In this document: piece by piece, positions 9,242 through 18,569 of the stretch
How positions within the stretch are numbered: the first letter of the stretch is position 1
Layout: every line of letters begins with the position of its first letter
From: Pyrinomonadaceae bacterium
Lineage (GTDB): Bacteria > Acidobacteriota > Blastocatellia > Pyrinomonadales > Pyrinomonadaceae
DNA length: 64,000 nt
Assembly (NCBI GenBank): GCA_036560225.1
Contig: DATBRN010000027.1
Coordinates: 531-64,530 of the forward strand
Direction of reading: 5' to 3'
Notes under the pieces: generated by a model
Seen by the model: the letters and a program-made list of their open reading frames with translations, nothing else
The model's database searches: none
What the model was told of the DNA's origin: nothing
Program-made: the position numbers and the translations under genes

Positions 9242-9576
9242 GCGTGGTGACGTAATACTGGTCCTCTTTCCTGACTCGAATCTTCGTACTGCGAAACGCC
9301 GACCGGCGCTAGTCATACAAGCTGACAATCTAAACACAGATCTTAGGCAGACTGTAATCGCAATGATTACCAGCAACATGTCGCGTGCAGGTCACCCCAG
9401 TCGTGTGAGCTTACTGTTGAATTCTTCTGAGGGCCGAGACACGCATTCTAATGGACTCCGTGATAATGACTGACAATCTTACTACGGTGCGGGAGAATGA
9501 GATTGACCGGAGTCTTGGCAATCTGAAGGATTCGACAAAAGTAGATGCGGCTCTGCGACTAACATTACCGTTATAG
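9231..9576 (+). pseudogene. PemK/MazF-family toxin interrupted by a frameshift near 9440-9446
   Basis: Frame A reads MPYRRGDVILVLFPDSNLRTAKRRPALVIQADNLN..SNMSRAGHPSRVSLLLNSSEGRDT and stops at 9471-9473. The expected C-terminus (ILMDSVIMTDNLTTVRENEIDRSLGNLKDSTKVDAALRLTLPL*) continues in another frame to the TAG at 9574-9576. Confidence 0.7.
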
Positions 9577-9589
9577 TCATATTTTGAAC

Positions 9590-10897
9590 CTAAAACCTAA
9601 AACCCACTCCGGCGCTAAATTCAAAATTGTGAATCGTTTCCTTGGCTGTAGTCGTTGGGTTGAACGGGAAAGGCAACACATTACTGCCGTAGCGGATCAT
9701 CGTGTCGCCGCCGTCGAAACGCGAGACTATTCGCCGCGAAGGATAGAATTCAAGAACACCTCCGAGATCGAACGAGAAATAGGTTCTTCGCTCAAGATGA
9801 AAGATTGGGAACGGGAACGGCTGGCTTGTATCGAAGCCGTCAAACGAGAGTGTCTTGCTGAAACTGACAACACCTGGTCGAGCTTTCCCGAAGAGGCCAA
9901 ACTTCTCGAACCTTTTGCCTAACTTAATTCCTGCCTGCCCCTGAAGGGTTCTACCTCCCGCCCTGGCGTTATTGAACAGCGCGGAATCGCGCGGGAAAAA
10001 ATCTCCCTGCGCCTCTAAAGCAAAGCTTGGTGATACGTTGAAAGTGAATCTGCCGCCAAAACCTGCCTGCGTTTTGGTATCCCGAAAGTCGGGTGCCGAA
10101 AAGAAAGGCTCGGTGCTTGAAATGTGCTCGACCTCGGTAAAACCCAGGGACGAAAACTGGGCTCCCACCTCGAATTTCTGAACCTTTTCCTGCGGAGCCT
10201 GAGTTGTACTCTCAGGCTCTATCGAGCCAAGTCTAAAGCCGATCCCGGCGCTTAGCTGGAAGTTATGACGAACTCCGGGACTCGGAAGCGGGTTTGGACT
10301 GAATGGGAAACCGGAGCCTTTGCCGTAATTGATAATCGTGTCTCCAACATCGATGCGGGTTAGCACCTTTCGCGAGGGATAAAACTCGAGTACGCCACCA
10401 AGGTCCATCGAGAAATACGTTTTCCGTCTGTCGTCGAATACGGGCAGCGTAAGGGGTTGTCCGTTAAAATCGATGGTCGTAGTACCAACGATCGTGAGGA
10501 CCCTGCTGAAACTGGCAAAGCCAGGCCGCGCCTTCGCGAAGATGCCGAAGTTGCGAAATCGTTGGCCCGCTTTGATTCCAAACTGGCCCTGAGTCAGACG
10601 GCCTGCGTTGTTGGGATCAGTAGCACTCTCATGAGGAAAAAAATTTCCCTCAGCTTCGAGCGCGAGATGCTTCGTAAGATTGAACGTGAATCTGCCGCCA
10701 AATCCCGCCTCTGTCCTGCCTCTTTCAATGGTCAGAATAGCGCCTCCTGGTGGAGGCAATGAGCCCAATGACAGTGACGAGAACTGGATGCCAACTTCGA
10801 TCTTCGACGGGGCCTCTTCTTCCTGTGCATGGACCATGTGACCCGAGAGGATTGTAAGCGCCAGTACCGGGCTCGCAAGGAACATAACTTTTTTCAT
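9590..10897 (-). CDS. Outer-membrane beta-barrel protein built from two tandem homologous halves
   Basis: Signal peptide MKKVMFLASPVLALTILSGHMVHA. Both halves contain K(I/F)EVG(I/A)QFSSL.. and AGFGGRFTFN..ALEA(E/Q)G(N/D)FFP. C-terminal GVGFRF. Confidence 0.75.
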   Translation of the reverse strand: MKKVMFLASPVLALTILSGHMVHAQEEEAPSKIEVGIQFSSLSLGSLPPPGGAILTIERGRTEAGFGGRFTFNLTKHLALEAEGNFFPHESATDPNNAGRLTQGQFGIKAGQRFRNFGIFAKARPGFASFSRVLTIVGTTTIDFNGQPLTLPVFDDRRKTYFSMDLGGVLEFYPSRKVLTRIDVGDTIINYGKGSGFPFSPNPLPSPGVRHNFQLSAGIGFRLGSIEPESTTQAPQEKVQKFEVGAQFSSLGFTEVEHISSTEPFFSAPDFRDTKTQAGFGGRFTFNVSPSFALEAQGDFFPRDSALFNNARAGGRTLQGQAGIKLGKRFEKFGLFGKARPGVVSFSKTLSFDGFDTSQPFPFPIFHLERRTYFSFDLGGVLEFYPSRRIVSRFDGGDTMIRYGSNVLPFPFNPTTTAKETIHNFEFSAGVGFRF

Positions 10898-11054
10898 TTG
10901 GGTTTCCGCACCCTTCGTTGTGATTCGTTGGAGGGCTCCAAGCAGGGGGATCTCCCGAGGAATCTACCGAGATGACGACGCGACAGAAGCTGAAGGTGAG
11001 CGCGAGAGAGAAATTTCGGTTCGTGCCGGCCATGCGACACGATTGCTCTCACGA

Positions 11055-12368
11055 TTATTCCTCTTCGGGCATCCTCAATTCACCTGTCGTCAGGTCTGGT
11101 CTTTCACGGGCCATGTCTTCCGGAGTTGTGTTTAGGTCCGGATGAGTGGGCCGCAAATCTTTATCTATGGGAAGAGTAAGATCGTTAGTTGCCACGCCCC
11201 CGGCTGGGCTTGGTTCCAAAAGATCGGCGAGGCCTTCGCTACCGCGATGTTCAAGCCAATGGCGATAGCTGACTGTCAGAATCGCAACTACGGGAATCGC
11301 GAGAAAGATTCCCGCCACGCCGGCAAGCTCTGCGCCCGAGAGGATAGCGATGATTACAGCGAGAGGATGTAAGTGTATTCCCTGGCCAATCAAACGCGGA
11401 TAGACCACGTAGTCTTGAATAATGCGCAGCACTATCAGGAATAAAAGTACCAGGAAAGCGGAGAACAGACCCCCATGCAGCACTGCCGCTACCGCGGCTA
11501 ACACCGCGACCAGCAATGGACCAACGAGAGGAACAAATTCGCAAACGCCGGCGATGATACCCAGGACCAAAGGACTGGGAAGTCCCAGCAGCGTGAACCC
11601 AAGCGCGCAGACGACGCCGATAAAGACGCAGGCGGTTAATTGGGCGCGAATGTAAGCGGCTAGCGTGCTGTTGATGTCCTGAAAAAACTCGTCACCGCGC
11701 CAGCGCCATCGTCCCCGTGGGAGCATCTGTAGAGCGGAGCGGCGAAAGCTTTCCGCGTCTTTCAGAAAAAAGAAACTCAGGATAGGAATAAGAACCAGCC
11801 ACGGAATGTAAAATCCCCAACCGGCGACAATCGTCAATACACCGCTAGCCGTCTGACTGACCTTCTCGATCACACCGGGAATGGCGCGATTGATTGCATC
11901 GAGCAGAGGTGCGGGCATTTGATGCGTGCGGAAGTATTCAACCCAGCTTTGCATCTTAGTGCCGACGGCGGTCCAATAACCGCGCGCCTGCTCAGCAAAC
12001 TCCGGAAACTGGCTTCCCAACCGCGGCGCCAGCACGTAAATGCCAATCACGATTGTCGCGATGATGATGATATAGGAAAGGCCAATGGCCAGGGCGCGCG
12101 GTAGAGAAAATTTCCGTCCGGAGAAACGCCGGGGCCGGCTGAGAAATTCGACCAGAGGGGCGACTAAGTATGCAAAGAAGACGGATAGAATCAACAGCAG
12201 GATGACGCCCGTTAGCTTTACGATTACCCACCGCGCCACTTCGAATAGGTAGTACGTGAGGAGGGCGATAAGAGCTATGCGAAGGATCGCGCGGTTTTGC
12301 AGCCAGTTTGCTTCAGCCGCAACCTTCGCAGCGGTGCGCGCAACATCTTTAGTTTCGTGGCTCGACAC
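11055..12368 (-). CDS. AI-2E family transporter (PerM/UPF0118)
   Basis: 437 aa, about 8 TM segments, with typical FFLKD..F motifs and GLPSPLVLGIIAGVCEFVPLVGPLL. Confidence 0.8.
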   Translation of the reverse strand: MSSHETKDVARTAAKVAAEANWLQNRAILRIALIALLTYYLFEVARWVIVKLTGVILLLILSVFFAYLVAPLVEFLSRPRRFSGRKFSLPRALAIGLSYIIIIATIVIGIYVLAPRLGSQFPEFAEQARGYWTAVGTKMQSWVEYFRTHQMPAPLLDAINRAIPGVIEKVSQTASGVLTIVAGWGFYIPWLVLIPILSFFFLKDAESFRRSALQMLPRGRWRWRGDEFFQDINSTLAAYIRAQLTACVFIGVVCALGFTLLGLPSPLVLGIIAGVCEFVPLVGPLLVAVLAAVAAVLHGGLFSAFLVLLFLIVLRIIQDYVVYPRLIGQGIHLHPLAVIIAILSGAELAGVAGIFLAIPVVAILTVSYRHWLEHRGSEGLADLLEPSPAGGVATNDLTLPIDKDLRPTHPDLNTTPEDMARERPDLTTGELRMPEEE

Positions 12369-12381
12369 TATTGTGAGTGCG

Positions 12382-12741
12382 CTAGTTGTAGAGTCTCCGG
12401 ATTATTCCCCCGACTGCCACTTGATCGGCGGGCGAGATGCTCCGGAATTCCACGCCGAACGTATCTGGAGTAGCGTGATGGACGACCTCACCATGCAACG
12501 TCAACGCGTCTTCGTGATCAACCAGCAGTAGTCCAAGTTGGTCGCCGACTCTCACGTTCCGACATGCCGGAAGGTTGCATACACGAAGTCCACCCAGACT
12601 AATGTCGGCTGGTTCGCCGAGTCCGAGCGACTCCTTTTGACTATCGTCTTCGATCGCCAGAGTAAGCCGGGTGTTGACGTAGTACCGGGGAAACTTGCGA
12701 CGCTCATGATTCGACAAGGCCATCTCGGGCGTGGTCATCAC
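12382..12741 (-). CDS. PilZ-domain protein
   Basis: RRKFPR (RxxxR) and DISLGGLRV (DxSxxG) motifs in a 119-aa protein. Confidence 0.75.
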   Translation of the reverse strand: MMTTPEMALSNHERRKFPRYYVNTRLTLAIEDDSQKESLGLGEPADISLGGLRVCNLPACRNVRVGDQLGLLLVDHEDALTLHGEVVHHATPDTFGVEFRSISPADQVAVGGIIRRLYN

Positions 12742-12752
12742 ACAAACTCCTT

Positions 12753-13172
12753 TTAGTGGGCAAGTACATCTTCCTCATCATCTTCCTCGTCGTCATCTTC
12801 TTCCAGCGACGGCGGAGGTGGAGCGTGAACCCGCGGAGCAGCCGGCTCCCAGATCAATCCTCTCCATTCATCCGTCTCACCAAGAAGTTGAAGCGCCGCT
12901 AGCGGGTGGCCCGGGTTACGCTCGATGCGCAAGACCTCCGCGACTACTTGTAGCGTCTTGCCATCCTCGCCGTGAACTTCGAGGCGCACACGACTGCCAA
13001 CGTCGGGTAACCTTCGCGGTAGATGAACGAGGGTACCTTCCGGCCCCACGTTTTCCGTTGTGCCTTCGGATAAGACATGCGTACCGCCGGGATCGTCCCA
13101 TTCAGCTCGGACTTCGAATGATACTAAATACCTTGGTCCCGAACGAGCTTCAGTTTCTACTTTTTGGGCCAT
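12753..13172 (-). CDS. PilZ-like protein with a poly-acidic C-terminal tail
   Basis: RSGPRYLV (RxxxR) and a degenerate TENVGPEGT second motif. Tail is LEEDDDEEDDEEDV. Confidence 0.55.
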   Translation of the reverse strand: MAQKVETEARSGPRYLVSFEVRAEWDDPGGTHVLSEGTTENVGPEGTLVHLPRRLPDVGSRVRLEVHGEDGKTLQVVAEVLRIERNPGHPLAALQLLGETDEWRGLIWEPAAPRVHAPPPPSLEEDDDEEDDEEDVLAH

Positions 13173-13240
13173 GGTTCACACTCCTTCCGGGGGAAGAGCG
13201 GAGGCAGTTTATAACGTTTTGCGGTCAAAAGTCGTGTCCT

Positions 13241-13390
13241 GCCGAGTTCCGAGTTCCGATGTTAATACTTCTTAACTGATGACGCATCGCGCATCTAGGC
13301 CGAAAGTTGACCAACGGACGATCGGGATTCCATAACCTAACGAGTCGGAACCCGGAACTCGGAAACTCGGAACTCAAAACTCGGAACTGG
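13241..13390. repeat. Inverted pair of heptamer tandem repeats (CGAGTTC x2-3 versus CGGAACT x6-7) around a spacer of about 80 nt
   Basis: gccgagttccgagttccgat at 13241-13260 and cgagtcggaacccggaactcggaaactcggaactcaaaactcggaactgg at 13341-13390. Confidence 0.8.
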
Positions 13391-13392
13391 TC

Positions 13393-15351
13393 TTATTCTT
13401 CTTCTGTCCTTAGTCTTTCCAGGACCGAAAAATCTTCGAGGGTAGTGACATCGCCCGCGACTGTACCGCTGGTCGCAATCTCGCGCAATAGCCGGCGCAT
13501 AATCTTTCCCGATCGCGTCTTGGGCAAGGCATCGGTGAATCGTATTTCATCCGGTCGCGCCAGCGCTCCTATCTCTTTTGTCACATGCGCGCGTAAGTCG
13601 TCATTTAGTTGCGGCGATGGACTGTGCGAACCTTCCAGAGTCACAAAGGCAACTATCGCGGAGCCTTTCAGCTCGTCCGGACGAGCTACCACGGCAGCTT
13701 CAGCCACTGCTTCGTGGGAAACGAGCGCGCTTTCTACTTCGGCAGTGCCCAAACGATGACCACTAACGTTGATAACATCGTCAATGCGGCCCATGATCCA
13801 GAAGTAGCCGTCCTTGTCGCGACGCGCACCGTCACCCGCAAAGTAGATATTTTCGATCTGCGACCAGTACTGCTCTCGATAGCGTTCATCGTCGCCCCAA
13901 ATCGTCCGCAGCATCGAGGGCCAGGGACGTTTGATCACCAGATAACCACCCTCGTTTGCGCCTACCTGCTTGCCGTCGCGCGTCATGACGTCGGCCTCAA
14001 CGCCGGGAAACGGCTTCGTGGCTGACCCAGGCTTCGTAGGAGTCGCACCCGGAAGCGGACTAATCATGATGGCGCCCGTCTCCGTCTGCCACCAGGTATC
14101 GACGATTGGGCAAAGCTCGCGACCTATGACCCGGTGATACCACATCCACGCTTCGGGATTGATGGGCTCGCCGACGGTGCCCAGCAGCCGCAGGCTGGAG
14201 AGATCATGTTTAAGTGTCCACTGCTCACCCCATTTTATGAAGGCCCGAATCGCCGTTGGAGCCGTGTAGAAAACGTTGACGCGATGGCGCTCGATAATGT
14301 CCCAGAAACGATCCGGCTCCGGAAAGTTCGGTGCGCCTTCATACATCACTGCCGTTGCGCCGTTTGAGAGTGGCCCATAGACGACGTAGCTGTGCCCTGT
14401 CACCCAGCCGATGTCGGCAGTGCACCAGTAGATGTCCTCGTCCTTTAAGTCGAAAATCCACTTTGTCGTGAGGTGCACCTGCAAAAGATACCCTGCGGTT
14501 GTGTGCAGAATGCCTTTTGGTTTTCCGGTCGTGCCTGAAGTGTAAAGAATGTAAAGCGGATGCTCACTGTCTAACGGCGCCGCCGGACACTCGGCGTTTT
14601 CGACGGCCATCGACTCGTGCCACCAATGATCGCGGCCGGCTTCCATGTGGATTGGCTTACCCGTACGGCGCACGACGAAGCAGTCTTTCACCGATGGCGT
14701 TTCTTTCAAGGCTTCGTCAACGGCAGCCTTGAGCTTGACTTCGCCACCCCGTCGCCAGCCACCGTCGGCAGTTACTACAACTTTGCAGCGCGCATCGTTT
14801 ATGCGGTCGACTAAGGCCGAACTGGAGAAACCGCCGAAGATGACTGAATGCGTCGCGCCAATTCGTGCGCAGGCGAGCATTGCGATCGCCAGCTCGGGAA
14901 TTAACGGCATGTAAAGGGCGACGCGATCTCCTTGTTCGACGCCGGCGCGCTTGAGGACGTTTGCGAATTTGCAGACTTCAGAATGTAGTTGCTGATAAGT
15001 CAGCGTGCGCTGTTCGCCAGGTTCGCCTTCCCAGATCAAGGCAGCCTTGTTGCGTCGCCATGTCGCTAGATGCCGGTCGAGACAGTTGTAGGAGATATTG
15101 ATCTTGCCGCCGACAAACCATTCGGCATGTGGCGGTTCCCACTTCAAGACAGCGTCCCACTTCTTAAACCAGTAGAGCTCTTCGGCCATGCGCCCCCAAA
15201 ATCCCTCCGGGTCAGTGCTCGCCTCAGCACGCAGTTTGTCCAGTTGCTCCAGCGACTTAATGTGAGCCTTCTCGGAAAAAGTTTGCGGGGGTGGAAAAAC
15301 TCGATCCTCTGTTTGGAGCGATTCAATATTTGTGGTGGTGGTTGATGACAT
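13393..15351 (-). CDS. acs: Acetyl-CoA synthetase (AMP-forming)
   Basis: 652 aa with [11 protein letters not shown], the WWQTETG region, and C-terminal [14 protein letters not shown]. Confidence 0.93.
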   Translation of the reverse strand: MSSTTTTNIESLQTEDRVFPPPQTFSEKAHIKSLEQLDKLRAEASTDPEGFWGRMAEELYWFKKWDAVLKWEPPHAEWFVGGKINISYNCLDRHLATWRRNKAALIWEGEPGEQRTLTYQQLHSEVCKFANVLKRAGVEQGDRVALYMPLIPELAIAMLACARIGATHSVIFGGFSSSALVDRINDARCKVVVTADGGWRRGGEVKLKAAVDEALKETPSVKDCFVVRRTGKPIHMEAGRDHWWHESMAVENAECPAAPLDSEHPLYILYTSGTTGKPKGILHTTAGYLLQVHLTTKWIFDLKDEDIYWCTADIGWVTGHSYVVYGPLSNGATAVMYEGAPNFPEPDRFWDIIERHRVNVFYTAPTAIRAFIKWGEQWTLKHDLSSLRLLGTVGEPINPEAWMWYHRVIGRELCPIVDTWWQTETGAIMISPLPGATPTKPGSATKPFPGVEADVMTRDGKQVGANEGGYLVIKRPWPSMLRTIWGDDERYREQYWSQIENIYFAGDGARRDKDGYFWIMGRIDDVINVSGHRLGTAEVESALVSHEAVAEAAVVARPDELKGSAIVAFVTLEGSHSPSPQLNDDLRAHVTKEIGALARPDEIRFTDALPKTRSGKIMRRLLREIATSGTVAGDVTTLEDFSVLERLRTEEE

Positions 15352-15410
15352 ACGCTTAGTGGTTCACCAGCAAAAGTTCTTGTATTTTGTAGCAGCCTTG
15401 TGTACCACAG

Positions 15411-15932
15411 ATGTGCTTGACCCGACAACGACTTGTCAGCAAACTTTTCAGGGAGATGAGTTGGAAAGACTTTCTTGAGACAATCTATTATGGAGCTGCA
15501 ACGGTCGCCGCTTTGGGGACACTGATTGCAGGTGTCTTTGCTCTACGCGTTTATCGAAGCAACTCGAGGCTCGAGCGAGCACGATGGGCTTCAGAACTTT
15601 ATAAGAGCTTCTACCAAGAAGGGAAACTGAAGGATATCCGAGACAAATTGGATTGTGCTGCGGGGTCAGATAATGTGAATAAACTTGTAATCGAAGAGGA
15701 TTCTGAGTTTACTGACTATCTGAACTTCTTCGAGTACATCGCATTTTTGAAGAATTCCAAGCAGCTGCACGAGTCGGAAGTTCAGGATCTATTCGGCTAT
15801 TATCTAAGCTGTCTGCGACGTCATGCCAGCGTCCAAGCTTATATCCTGAACTCAGAAAACGGCTACGAGGGGCTCGCGAAGCTTATTGGAACCGTAAAGA
15901 CAGAAAACAGGGAGTTGGAGAACCTAACATGA
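15411..15932 (+). CDS. Hypothetical single-pass membrane protein (N-terminal TM helix plus a soluble helical domain of about 120 aa)
   Basis: TM segment is FLETIYYGAATVAALGTLIAGVFALRVY. An alternative start exists at 15456 (MSWKDF..). The stop overlaps the next start (ATGA). GC is locally low. It may be DUF4760-like, but that is from memory only. Confidence 0.6.
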   Translation: MCLTRQRLVSKLFREMSWKDFLETIYYGAATVAALGTLIAGVFALRVYRSNSRLERARWASELYKSFYQEGKLKDIRDKLDCAAGSDNVNKLVIEEDSEFTDYLNFFEYIAFLKNSKQLHESEVQDLFGYYLSCLRRHASVQAYILNSENGYEGLAKLIGTVKTENRELENLT

Positions 15933-16333
15933 GTAAATATCTCTTCCTCTATGGCACACTTAAGCCAGACATGGCCGATAGCGAAATCGCTGCCATTGTG
16001 GGGAGACTTCGTAGCATAGGTAGAGGTTATGTCCATGGAAAGTTGTATGATTTGGGTGACTACCCGGGCGCCATTGTTGACCCCTCGTCTAGTAGCTTGG
16101 TCAGAGGTCTTTTGGTGCAGTTGCCACCTGATAAGGAGGTACTGGAGGCGCTTGACAGGTACGAGGAATTCGATCCCGCAAACCCCGGCCAGAGTCTTTT
16201 TATCCGCACAAAGACAAAAGTAAGACTTACGGATGGCCGAAATGTACAGGGATGGATTTATGTCTATAACCGAAATCCAGGTGAGGCTCCCGTTATTCGT
16301 GGAGGCCATTACTCAAAGTCAAAGGTGGCCTAA
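15929..16333 (+). CDS. Gamma-glutamylcyclotransferase-like (AIG2/GGACT/YtfP family) protein
   Basis: YLFLYGTLKPDM (YGTL motif), GKLYDLGDYPG, ALDRYEEF (catalytic Glu context), WIYVYN. Confidence 0.75.
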   Translation: MSKYLFLYGTLKPDMADSEIAAIVGRLRSIGRGYVHGKLYDLGDYPGAIVDPSSSSLVRGLLVQLPPDKEVLEALDRYEEFDPANPGQSLFIRTKTKVRLTDGRNVQGWIYVYNRNPGEAPVIRGGHYSKSKVA

Positions 16334-16384
16334 TTTCAAACGTCCTGTGAATCCTCTCACTTTCCATAGTCCTTATTCTTCCTA

Positions 16385-17089
16385 ATGACCCTCTACGTCG
16401 GAACCAGCGGCTACAGCTATAAGGAATGGAAGGGAAGCTTTTACCCGGAAAAGATTCCGGCGAAGGAAATGCTCCGGTTCTATTCAGAAAGGCTGAGCAC
16501 GGTTGAAATCAATGCCACGTTCTATCGCATGCCGCAAACCAGCATGCTGGAAAACTGGAAGGAGCAGGTGCCTGCCACTTTTCGCTTCTCGCTCAAGGCT
16601 CCTCAACGAATCACGCACATCAAGCGACTCAAGGAGACAGATGAAGAGACAAAGTACTTCTTTGAAACAGCTTCAGTGCTCGCAGATGAATTGGGCGTAG
16701 TCCTGTTCCAGCTTCCGCCAAACATGAAAAAGGATCTACCGCGCCTCGAAACTTTTCTTGCGCAGCTGCCAGCGGCCACACCCGCGGCGTTCGAGTTTCG
16801 CCACCCCACCTGGTTCGACAATGACGTACTTGATCTCCTGCGAAGCCAAAACCGCGCGCTTTGCATCTCGGATACTGACGACTTACCCGCTACACACATC
16901 GACAAAACTGCCGATTGGGGCTATTTACGGCTGCGTCGTGTAAATTACTCGGAAGAGAATTTGGCGGATTGGCTGGGCCGCATTCGCGATCAGAATTGGA
17001 AAGAGACGTTTCTATTCTTCAAGCATGAAGACGAAGGAACCGGCCCAAAATTAGCAGCCCAGTTTCTTACTCTCGCTAACATCACTTAG
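16385..17089 (+). CDS. DUF72 family protein
   Basis: LYVGTSGYSYKEWKGSFYP..EINATFYRMP..FEFRHPTWF is typical of DUF72. Confidence 0.8.
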   Translation: MTLYVGTSGYSYKEWKGSFYPEKIPAKEMLRFYSERLSTVEINATFYRMPQTSMLENWKEQVPATFRFSLKAPQRITHIKRLKETDEETKYFFETASVLADELGVVLFQLPPNMKKDLPRLETFLAQLPAATPAAFEFRHPTWFDNDVLDLLRSQNRALCISDTDDLPATHIDKTADWGYLRLRRVNYSEENLADWLGRIRDQNWKETFLFFKHEDEGTGPKLAAQFLTLANIT

Positions 17090-17128
17090 ACGGTTTCGCG
17101 GTTATGTAGAAGCTCCAAGATCTCGTTT

Positions 17129-18517
17129 ATGTTTCAACCCGCCAGGATAACTCGATTGTGCTTGCCAATTCTGTTGCCGCTTGTGCTCGGCGCCAAGTTT
17201 GAGGCCCAAACACAGAATCGGGATTTGATGGAACTGCAGCAAGCCTACGCAATGCGTTTCCTCGAGCCAGAGCCGCACATGGCTTTGGCCAAGTACTACT
17301 TTGACCATGGCAAGCCGCTCGAAGCTTTTCACATACTCGAGGCTGCTCGCCGAAATCGCTTCGAGGAAAAGATATTTAATCTGGCTTTCTATCGCGCCTT
17401 CGATGGTTTTGATAACAGTAAGGCGGCGGAAGACCGCCTGCTCGATGAATACGCGCGCAATCCGAACTCGGTTGAAACCATTGACCGCTTGGCCGATATC
17501 TATATTTCGCGCGAAAACTGGCCCAGAGCCAAGCAATTTCTGCTCATCGCCATTCAGAAGAAACCGGACAATTATAGATTCGTGGCCGGGCTGGCAGAGG
17601 TCCTGAGCCGCGAGGGCAAGCTGGAAGAGGCCGATAAGCTGGAGAATGATTACCTAAAGAAGTATCCCGAATCGGCAATGGGATACGCTATGCGGGCGGA
17701 GGGTATCATGAAAACGAAACCTCTTGAAGCCCGGGCTCTCCTTGCAGAAGCCATCAAACGTTATCCAAACGAAGGACAGCTGTTGTTCGATCTCGGGACT
17801 ATTTACCAAAGTGAGAATAAGCAAAAAGCGGAGGAAGCCTTTGTTAAAGCTGCCGAACTGGCCCCCAGATCCGCACTGATTCAATCGTGGGTAGGACGGT
17901 TCTTTTTCAAGGTGAAGCCAGATGACCGCCGCGCCCTTCGGTATTATCTAAATGCTTACTTTCTCGATCCTCACGCTTACGAGACTGAGTACGTGGAATC
18001 TCGAATCTCAAAGATTGATCTCCGGCTGGCCGCAGCAAGGTTTGATGAACAAACCAAGGCGGGCGTCTCTCTGGTTGGTCTGCTGGATGATCCGAATCCG
18101 ATTGTAGTTGGTTTAGCTTTGGAGCAGATGGAAGCGAAATGGTTACCGAGTTTTGTGGGCCCGGTAGTTCATCTTATGGAGCATGAAGCCCAGGGCGTGC
18201 GGTGGATGGCGACTCAGGCGCTGAAGAAGAACGTCGATCAATCTTTCGATGAGCAACTCAAAGCGCTCTTGAAGGATGAAGACCCGCGGAAACGCGGGCT
18301 TGCTGCCTACATTGCCGTCTATAGATGGAAGAAGGACAGCTTTGGCATCATTAAAAGTCTCTTATCCGAGGAATCACAGCTCGTCAGGTTTGATGCTCTT
18401 TCAGCTTTGCTAATCGAAGGCGGTGTTGAGGGGCGTCAAGTTGCCTTAGAACATGCGGCTCATGAGTCCAATGAAACACTAAAGAAATTAATTAATGCCG
18501 AGGAGCAACGTCAGTAA
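17129..18517 (+). CDS. Secreted TPR plus HEAT-like repeat protein
   Basis: Signal-like N-terminus (LCLPILLPLVLGAKFEAQ), TPR-like helical repeats, and C-terminal HEAT/PBS-lyase-like repeats (DPNPIVVGLALEQM, EAQGVRWMATQAL, DEDPRKRGLAAYI). Confidence 0.6.
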   Translation: MFQPARITRLCLPILLPLVLGAKFEAQTQNRDLMELQQAYAMRFLEPEPHMALAKYYFDHGKPLEAFHILEAARRNRFEEKIFNLAFYRAFDGFDNSKAAEDRLLDEYARNPNSVETIDRLADIYISRENWPRAKQFLLIAIQKKPDNYRFVAGLAEVLSREGKLEEADKLENDYLKKYPESAMGYAMRAEGIMKTKPLEARALLAEAIKRYPNEGQLLFDLGTIYQSENKQKAEEAFVKAAELAPRSALIQSWVGRFFFKVKPDDRRALRYYLNAYFLDPHAYETEYVESRISKIDLRLAAARFDEQTKAGVSLVGLLDDPNPIVVGLALEQMEAKWLPSFVGPVVHLMEHEAQGVRWMATQALKKNVDQSFDEQLKALLKDEDPRKRGLAAYIAVYRWKKDSFGIIKSLLSEESQLVRFDALSALLIEGGVEGRQVALEHAAHESNETLKKLINAEEQRQ

Positions 18518-18544
18518 GAGAAAAGAGGCGCGACCTGCGCCTCT
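18516..18544 (-). terminator. Intrinsic terminator hairpin between convergent genes (best on the minus strand)
   Basis: AGAGGCGC-gacct-GCGCCTCT forms an 8-bp stem. The minus strand then reads UUUUCUCUU. On the plus strand the hairpin directly follows the stop of the 17129-18517 CDS. Confidence 0.6.
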
Positions 18545-18569
18545 CCTCTGATTCAGCAAGGCTGTTAGG

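Noticed and set aside
16385-17089. Two DUF72 paralogues (16385-17089 and 60278-61186) as part of a system
   Set aside because: Their neighbourhoods are unrelated and nothing links them functionally. I treat them as ordinary paralogues.
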